From: Octopus vulgaris
Lineage: Eukaryota
Length of the DNA stretch: 64,000 bases
Assembly (NCBI GenBank): GCA_951406725.2
Contig: OX597821.1
Span: 73,594,001-73,658,000, forward strand
Reading direction: 5' to 3'
Shown: positions 55,878-64,000 of the stretch, piece by piece
Layout of the letters: each line of letters opens with the position of its first letter
How positions within the stretch are numbered: the stretch's first letter is position 1
Translations under genes and position numbers: made by a program
The notes under the pieces: model-generated
Database searches by the model: none
Told to the model about the DNA's origin: nothing
The model's input: only the letters and a program-made list of their open reading frames with translations

Positions 55878-56032
55878 AGGAGACAGAGAAAAGTCCAAGA
55901 GAAAAGGAAGACGGAGAAAAACAAAATCGGCAACGATTCACATGTATGTATATGTTTGTGTGTTCGTGTTTGTACATCCCCCCCACATCGCTTGACAACC
56001 GATGCGTTTATGTCCCCGTAACTTATATATAT

Positions 56033-56398
56033 AATGGCCCAGTGGTTAGGGCAGCGGATTCGCAGTCGTAGGATCGCGGTTTCGATTCCCAGACCGGGCG
56101 TTGTGAGTGTTTATTGAGCGAAAACACCTAAAGCTCCACAAGGCTCCGGCAGGGATGGTGGTGATCCCTGCTGTACTCTTTCACCACAACTTTCTCTCAC
56201 TCTTACTTCCTGTTTCTGTCGTACCTGTATTTCAAAGGGCCGGCCTGTCACTCTCTGTGTCACGCTGAATATCCCCGAGAACTACGTTAAGGGTACACGT
56301 GTCTGTGAAGTGCTCAGCCACTTACGCGTTAATTTCACGAGCAGGCTGTTCCGTTGATCGGATCAACCTCGTCGTCGTAACCGACGGAGTGCTTCCCC
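56033..56398 (+). mobile_element. tRNA-derived SINE family C
   Basis: A box TGGCCCAGTGG and B-box-like GGTTTCGATTCC. The same head occurs at 10300-10490 (+) and 9555-9835 (-), and in decayed form at 38235-38425 (-) and 44070-44260 (-). Confidence 0.82.
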
Positions 56399-56400
56399 AG

Positions 56401-56439
<39 letters not shown>

Positions 56440-56440
56440 C

Positions 56441-56498
<58 letters not shown>

Positions 56499-56694
56499 AA
56501 TACTAAGTAATTAAGGGTTTAGCAACGAATTGCCTCACCAACACACCGAATTTAGAAATAGCAGTCAAAGAGATATAGCTATTCCTTCTACTAAAAGGGG
56601 GATCTCAGTAAAAACACAGCACTTAAAAGGCAAACACAGACAGGTAAGAAAGAAAGAATGAAATGACGGCAATCCATCATGCAATTTTAAGTTA

Positions 56695-56786
56695 CCTACG
56701 GACGTACGTTTCGAGATCAAGTTTTAGGATATCATAAGAATTAGAAAATTCTACTTTACCCAGACTTCTTCTCTCATCGGCGCAGG
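56695..56786 (-). ncRNA. Inverted copy of the 57417-57508 hammerhead
   Basis: Reverse complement of 57417-57508 within the inverted arm. Confidence 0.78.
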
Positions 56787-57416
56787 ATACTACAATTGTG
56801 AATAATTGTATATTAAATTTTGAGATACTAGAATGCGTCATCTCAACTCAGTGTCAGAGCGAGCCAAAGCATGACCAGTACCACGAAATTCAAAGTTTGA
56901 ATGAAAGTTTGTGTCACCGTAACTTAAAATTGCATGATGGATTGCCGTCATTTCATTCTTTCTTTCTTACCTGTCTGTGTTTGCCTTTTAAGTGCTGTGT
57001 TTTTACTGAGATCCCCCTTTTAGTAGAAGGAATAGCTATATCTCTTTGACTGCTATTTCTAAATTCGGTGTGTTGGTGAGGCAATTCGTTGCTAAACCCT
57101 TAATTACTTAGTATTACTTAAATTTTCCTCGAATGGGGCTTTTACATACCGAAATCTACTTGGTGTAATTGATAATTATCCCTAATTAATTAATTTCACC
57201 CTTTTATTATTACTGATAACCATATTTTATCCCAGTAAATGACCACAGCATTTTGTCTTGGCTACACGCGGGTGGAAGGGGGCTGGTGACACAAACTTTC
57301 ATTCAAACTTTGAATTTCGTGGTACTGGTCATGCTTTGGCTCGCTCTGACACTGAGTTGAGATGACGCATTCTAGTATCTCAAAATTTAATATACAATTA
57401 TTCACAATTGTAGTAT

Positions 57417-57508
57417 CCTGCGCCGATGAGAGAAGAAGTCTGGGTAAAGTAGAATTTTCTAATTCTTATGATATCCTAAAACTTGATCTCGAAACGTACG
57501 TCCGTAGG
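57417..57508 (+). ncRNA. Type I hammerhead ribozyme (U4C core variant)
   Basis: Stem I CCUGCG/CGUAGG, core CCGAUGA, stem II GAGA..UCUC with structured insert, GAAA, palindromic stem III AC-GUAC-GU. Predicted cleavage after GUC at 57502. Confidence 0.8.
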
Positions 57509-57805
57509 TAACTTAAAATTGCATGATGGATTGCCGTCATTTCATTCTTTCTTTCTTACCTGTCTGTGTTTGCCTTTTAAGTGCTGTGTTTTTACTGAGA
57601 TCCCCCTTTTAGTAGAAGGAATAGCTATATCTCTTTGACTGCTATTTCTAAATTCGGTGTGTTGGTGAGGCAATTCGTTGCTAAACCCTTAATTACTTAG
57701 TATTACTTAAATTTTCCTCGAATGGGGCTTTTACATACCGAAATCTACTTGGTGTAATTGATAATTATCCCTAATTAATTAATTTCAGCCTTTTATTATT
57801 ACTGA

Positions 57806-57847
<42 letters not shown>

Positions 57848-57877
57848 CATACATACATACATACATACATACATACA

Positions 57878-57911
<34 letters not shown>

Positions 57912-58149
57912 CATTATATATATATATATATATATATGCTTTCGGTGCGGACTATATGATTTGACATTAAACGAATTATGAGATGAAATCTCTCTCATAA
58001 GGCTGAATACTTTGTTTCATTTCGACTTTGGCTGTCATCCTTTCGGAGTCGACTAAATAAGTACCAGTTATGCACTTGGGTCGATATAATCGACTATCAC
58101 CCTCCCTCAAATTTGCTGGCTTTGTGCCAAAATTTGAGGCTAATTCTTT

Positions 58150-59620
58150 CAAATGGACTCTAAACGAACTAGCAAGATTAGACGAGAGAGCAAAGAAAAT
58201 AATGATTGCATTTAGAATACCCGATATCTGACACTGAAAAACTACACCTACCTCGAATTCAAAGGTAGTAGAAGTTTTATATAACTAGAAGATTCTAACA
58301 AAATATTCACTGTAGGACTTCAGAAATATCTTGCACGGAATCACAGACGTTTTCTTTTTTTACAAATAGCTAAGATACATAAGCAAAGCATAAAAAACCC
58401 AAACAACTTTCTGTCTTCAATGAAGTCAACAGATACGAAACAGAAGCTACAGTCACAGATAATTGTAAAGAAAAATGATGAACAGAGATCGTGAATTAGT
58501 TAAATTCTAAACCAAAATTAGGGCTATAGCATGTTTTGGTTAACCGATGGCAAGAAAAGCCCCTACATGGCCAATACTGGAAAATACTGAATAGTTGAAA
58601 CAAAGGAAAATGTAATAGTAAAATTTATCACTACTTAAGATATTTACCTTGAGAGAATCTCTCATATGGTTTTGTGGTGCTTATAAGCACTTCTAGTTTA
58701 CATCGCTAGCGAGAGACTATCACTGCCCTCCCCGCTGCCAGAACTAACAAATCACGTCATTTCGGCCTTCTTTGGCCTTGTCAGCAGTAGATGCCTGATT
58801 GCTGGAAATTGCAGTAACCGTCCAACCAGGTATCGCTAAAAGCCAGTGGCAGAAGCTGTATTAATACCAAAAGGTAAAAGTTATCGCCACTTCAGTGGTT
58901 GTAAGTTTTATCTTTTGGTGTTAATACTGCTTCTGACGCCTTAATTATCTTTTAAAGAAAAAAATCTCAATAGTGGCTGAAAAGCGTAGAGACTGAAGGG
59001 TTTTTCTTTGTGACCCAAGATCGAAACCTTCCCCACCCCAAGAGAAACCACCAAAACTTATTATGAAGTAGAATAAAGTAATTGTAGAGTGTGTAGAGAT
59101 GGGAGAAGAAGCAGCTATATTATCTCTGGCTGATCAATCTTAGCCAACAGACGTATACCAGAAAACATTGCTGATAATAGCGAAGCAATCATATTGTGGG
59201 ATATGCCAATACACAGAGAGAGAGGAGATCAAGGCTAACCGACCAGATATTGTTGCCAATGCCCACCAGGAAAAGATATGCCTCCTAATCGGCATATCTG
59301 TTCCAACCGATGGTCATGTATCTTTGAAAGGGATGGAGAAGTTATCCAAATATAAAGATCTGGAAAGAGATATACCCCGATTGTTAGGACCTGAAAACAG
59401 AAGCAATCTCTATAATTATATGTGCTTTGGAGAAAAATATGCAGATCAATACATAACCAGAGTTCAAGGATTTAATCAGAAAATAACACTGCTTGGCAAT
59501 ACAAACACGCTACATATGACACTTTTATAATAGTAAAAATAGTAAAAACCTAAACAAAGCACCGTAAATACCGAAGAGACACAGAGATTCGCTCGGTTGT
59601 GTAGTAAAAGTCCGCAATAA
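58150..59620 (+). mobile_element. Older R4/Dong-clade LINE fragment with internal insertion
   Basis: WTLNELARLDERAKKIM and SDTEKLHLPR (post-RT region), then EIKANRPDIV..KLSKYKDLE (59168-59530). Followed by a (TAA)-type tract at 59617-59680. Unrelated insert at ~58590-58960. Confidence 0.8.
58850..58935. repeat. ~86-nt hairpin
   Basis: CAGAAGCTGTATTAATACCAAAAGGTAAAAGTTA vs TAAGTTTTATCTTTTGGTGTTAATACTGCTTCTG. The loop region also pairs (CCACT/AGTGG). Confidence 0.8.
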
Positions 59621-59699
59621 AAAAAAAAATAATAATAATAAAAATAAAAATAATAATAATAATAAAAATAATAATAATAAGTCGTAGTACCTGACAACT

Positions 59700-60712
59700 A
59701 TGAAGAAAAAAAAGAAAAAATAACAAAAGCTGTAAAACAACTGAAATCCAAACTAAAACTGGAACAGCAACGGATCATGATAAAACGATGCCAAGAAAAG
59801 CCCCTACTTTGAAAGTACTGGGTTAAAATAAACGCAAAATAAATAAAGCAAAATCCTAATAATGGCTGAAAAGTTCAGGACTCAAAGCAGAAACTGAAGG
59901 ATTTTTAATTGCAGCCTTCCCACCAGAAATTGCCCAACAGGTTAGACTATTTATTTTAAGTACCAGTGAAACACTGGGGGCTGATGTAATCGGCTCATCC
60001 CCTCCCCCAAAATGGCTGCCCAAAACATGTAATGAAAAGAAACACAAGTAACTGCAGAATATGTGGAGATGGAAAAGACACAATAAATCATATTATCGCT
60101 GGCTGCCCAGTCCTGGCTAAGAAGGAATATATTCACAGGCACGACAGAGTTGGGACCTATGTACACTGGAAGCTATGCCAACACACTGGAAAAACAACAG
60201 AAAAAAAATGGTCCAGGCACACGCCAGAAAAAGGTCACAGAAAATGAGAAAGCAACCATACTATGGGATATGCCAATACACACAGATAGAGAAATTAAGG
60301 CTAACAGGCCAGATATAGTTGTTAGAGATCACCAAGAAAAAAGATGCCTTCTCATCAATGTATCAATACCAAAAGATGTCAATGTTTCTCTAAAAGAAAT
60401 GGCGAAAATTTCAAAATACAAAGACCTGGAAATAGAGGGTACTCGAATGTGGAATCTAAAAACAGAAGCAATTCCTTTAATAGTAGGCGCATTAGGTATA
60501 ATAAAAAAATATTCAGACAAATACATAACAAAAACACAAGGATTAACATATATAAAAATAGCACTACTAGGCACCGCACACATCCTACGTAAAACACTTT
60601 CAATAGGTGAAAATAAGAGCACCACAAGAAACCACAGCACATACACAAGGCACACAGAGCTGCACTCGGTAGTGCAGTGAAAGCACATGATAAAAATTAG
60701 ACTATTGTATAA
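59700..60712 (+). mobile_element. R4/Dong-clade non-LTR retrotransposon, 3' fragment (CCHC zinc knuckle + restriction-like endonuclease)
   Basis: WLKSSGLKAETEGFLIAA, CRICGDGKDTINHIIAGC, RHDRVG, ILWDMPIHTDREIKANRPDIVV, KISKYKDL and IVGALG. Frameshifted. Ends in TAATAATA. Confidence 0.9.
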
Positions 60713-60827
60713 TAATAGTTTCAAATTTTTCCACAAGGGCAGCCATTTTGGGGGAGGGGATGAGCCGATTACATCAGCCCCCAGTGTTTCACTGGTACTT
60801 AAAATAAATAGTCTAACCTGTTGAGTG

Positions 60828-60900
<73 letters not shown>

Positions 60901-61363
60901 TAATAATGGTCTCTAATTTTTGTCACAAGGCTAGCAATTTTGAGGGAAGAAAGCAAAACGATTACATCGACCCTAGTATTAGACTGGTGCTTTATTTTAT
61001 GTACCCAGAGGGATAAAAGGTAAAGTTGACCACGGCAGGATTTGAACTCAGATCATGAATAGACTTATATACCACTGCTGAATATTTTGTTTGGTGTTCT
61101 ATCATACTTAGCAACTTTCCTCTCTCCTCTCTTTTGTTTCCCGTATACTTTTCTGAAACTCTCTCCTTTTCTTTCTCTGCCAACTCTTCTTTCTTCCTCT
61201 CTTTCCTCCTACCCTCCTTCCCCCTCCCTTTCTCTCTTCTCTTCCTTTCCCCCTTCTTTTTTCTTTCACATTTTCCCATCCTTTCACCCTTTCTTCGTTA
61301 CTATCTCGTGGTCCAACTTTCTCATTTCTCTGGAACTAGTTTTGGAGAAAGTATGTATAAAAT

Positions 61364-61411
<48 letters not shown>

Positions 61412-61426
61412 TGTGTGTGCTGACAC

Positions 61427-61468
<42 letters not shown>

Positions 61469-62224
61469 GTATCCAGTGATGTATTGCTCTCGACCTGCAA
61501 GAAACACCAGCCAAATGTTTCTCAAATCATATCCCGTTGTTTTAAAAAGATATGACACACTGAATACAAAATACCTGCAAATAAAGAGGGATTGGCATGG
61601 TGGAACGCTTTTGACCACAGGGCAGTCTGCTGGATTAATGTTTATCTAAGTTTTAGACCAACCACCATCGCCTACACCATCATCATCACCTCCAATACCA
61701 TCACCACCACCACCGCTACCACTACCACTACCACTAACGCCTCCACCACCACAACTACCACCACCACCGCCATCATCACCTCCATTACCACCACCACCGC
61801 CGCCTCTAACATTACTACCATTATAGTAAACCTCTACCCCTCCCACCCGATTCGCTCCTCATTTTACCTCCAGTTTTCATCCAGCTTCGGTCGAGTGCTG
61901 CTGCCGCTGCTGCTGTTATAAGCGATGAAGTTAATTGGTCGGATGTCTGATGTTAATGTGATGAATTATGGGAGTTTTATTGTTGTCAAAGAGAGAATCG
62001 ATAGAAAAGAAATACGATATATTGACAGAAAATAGATTGATGGGGGTGAAGAAGGTGAATGGGCGAGGGTTAGGGTTAGTAGAAGTGTGAGGGTGGGAGA
62101 GAGAGAGGGAGATTCGGGGAAAGAGAAGGAGAGAGAGTAGGAAGGATTGTGAGTGATAGTGAAGAGGTAGGTATGATATACAATGTAAGGGATAGTGAGA
62201 GGAAAGAATGGTATAGGGCATTTG

Positions 62225-62458
62225 TTACTTATGGACTCTTTAGGTTCATATTTTACTCGGGTGGACCCTCAAAATCTTTCGATGTTTAAGAACCCCCTTT
62301 TGTGTTTTTGCAATTAAATATTATTAGGAATTGTATAAAAAAAATTGTTAAAATATTTTGTGAATTGTAGAAGTTTAACCGTTTTATTTCACATAAATTT
62401 TAAGGAAATCCTTATCTGGACCCCAAAGGTTCATGTGGATTCCAGTTGAGAAGCACGG
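62225..62458. mobile_element. Second, more decayed copy of the same hAT-type MITE
   Basis: Shares blocks with 33522-34183 (cattttactc..gaccctca, aaaattgttaaaat.ttttgtg.attgtagaa, tggaccc) and ends ccagttgagaagcacgg. Confidence 0.6.
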
Positions 62459-62562
62459 ATATAGAGAGTGTGAGAAAGAAATGAGGTAAATCTGAGAAGT
62501 GTGAGTGCGAGTGTTGAGAAAGGTCATAAGAAATCCGAGTGTGAGGAGGGATTAGTTAAATA

Positions 62563-62813
62563 TTGGGTTGGTGCATAATTATTGCGGCTTTCCTTTAACA
62601 AATTTAGTACAGCAAAAACAATAACAAGATTTAACAAAAACATCTTTAAATGACGGTCTGACCGTCTGCCAAGCAAATGGGAAGCAGTAATTGAAGTAGA
62701 TGATGAATATGCCTCGGAATAATCATTTAAATATGTTTTTGTTACGCGTTGTTATTGTTTTCGTTGAATAAAATTTGTTGAAAAAGAGCCGCAATAATTA
62801 TGCACCAACCCAA
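62563..62813. mobile_element. Mariner-derived MITE with ~91-bp inverted arms
   Basis: Starts TA|TTGGGTTGGTGCATAATTATTGCGGCT and ends AGCCGCAATAATTATGCACCAACCCAA. Arms are 62563-62653 and 62723-62813. The centre encodes RLPSKWEAVIEVDDEYASE*, a mariner C-terminus. Confidence 0.88.
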
Positions 62814-62908
62814 AAGAATATTTTGTGAGAGAGGTTTTGTGAAAGATAAACACATAATGTGGTAGAGCCGTGTGAGTGTGGTTGTGTGTGTGTGTTTGTA
62901 TGTGTATT

Positions 62909-62973
<65 letters not shown>

Positions 62974-63231
62974 CTTGGTGCGCGCGTGTATGTAAACAGA
63001 AAGACTTCCATAATAAAGAAAGAAAATCGCGAACAAGGCGAGAAGTGTGAAAGAATAAAAGAAAGAAAAAGATAATGAGAAGGAAAATGTTGTGAGGCGG
63101 AGGGAGGGAAGGAGAAAGACAAAGAGAATAAAGAAAAGTGACAGGGACTTGACCAGAACAAACCTTATTCTTGTGAAGTGAGTCGCCTTAAAACCTTATT
63201 GATTCTTTGTCATTTCAAAATGTAGCGTTCA

Positions 63232-63272
<41 letters not shown>

Positions 63273-64000
63273 CATGTGTGTGCGTGTGCGTGTGTAAGAG
63301 GGAGGGAGAGAGAGAAAAAAGGAAGGGGAGAGATAAAAGACCCAACACATAATAAAATGATACAGTATAATTTACCAATCCTAAACAGTCATCATTTTTA
63401 TGGCATTTCCCAGTTCTTCCCCCACCAATTTCTCTCACTTCTTTGTAAAACGGCAGCCAATTCATTCCTTGTAACAAATAAATCCAGCTTGACCCTTGTC
63501 CATCTCAGTGATGGCCATTGCATTTATTATTGTTATTCTTACCGTCATTAATATCTGCGTGTGTGTATGAGATCGCTGACCGTCTAGCAATTCTGTCCAA
63601 CTGTCCAAAATATAATCATCTCAACTTGGCCATTATTTATCCATCTGATAAAAACCTGTTAACCTCTTAATTGATACGCAAGTTGTTGGGGCGTGAAAAA
63701 CTGTCGATTTCTGAGCGATCAGCTTGGCCTGACATTTGTACGAAGCAATTCTAGCTTGGCACTAGCCATAATATACAAAAATATAATAATATATAAAAAA
63801 GAAACGATTGTCCGAGCGATTACCAAACGTCCATATTTGACTATATTCATTACTGTCTCTTTAACCCCAACGTTTTCAGGTGGCAAATGAAAAGCAGGGG
63901 AGCAGAAGACACGGAGACGTACAGACACATTCAGATAAAGACAACGTAGAGGAAAGGACAAGAACAAAACCAGCAAACAAATATATATAAATGAATGAAT

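Larger units (their letters stand above)
56495..57809 (+). mobile_element. Young non-coding hammerhead-bearing element (retrozyme / non-autonomous Penelope-like), inverted + partial tandem
   Basis: Monomer 56919-57507 (589 bp). Direct repeat 56919-57219 = 57508-57809. 56495-56918 is the reverse complement of 57285-57708. (TA)n on both flanks. Copies are almost identical. Confidence 0.85.

Noticed and set aside
58921-58940. TAATACTG miR-8/miR-200 seed match in the hairpin
   Set aside because: Only the seed matches, and it sits at the stem base rather than at a mature-miRNA position.

Overview
AT-rich, repeat-dominated, eukaryotic non-genic DNA (intergenic or intronic). The SINE repertoire and the very long (TA)n/(CA)n tracts look like a cephalopod (octopus) genome, but this is inference only. 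I found no supportable host gene, and almost the whole ORF track is microsatellite translation. Identifiable content: two decayed mariner transposons, a mariner-derived MITE with long inverted arms, hAT-type MITEs, three R4/Dong-type (RLE) LINE fragments, three RTE-clade LINE 3' fragments, Penelope-like (GIY-YIG) relics, and dozens of copies of at least three tRNA-derived SINE families. The main hidden signal is a set of non-coding elements, mostly inserted in (TA)n tracts, that carry type I hammerhead ribozyme folds with palindromic minimal stem III (clearest at 41119-41178, 50910-51002 and 57417-57508). One is a very young 589-nt monomer present as 1.5 tandem copies plus an inverted copy, with its 5' junction at the predicted self-cleavage site, as expected for a retrozyme or non-autonomous Penelope element. 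One SINE family also inserts repeatedly at the same nucleotide of its own copies. SINE and LINE boundaries are read by eye and are approximate.
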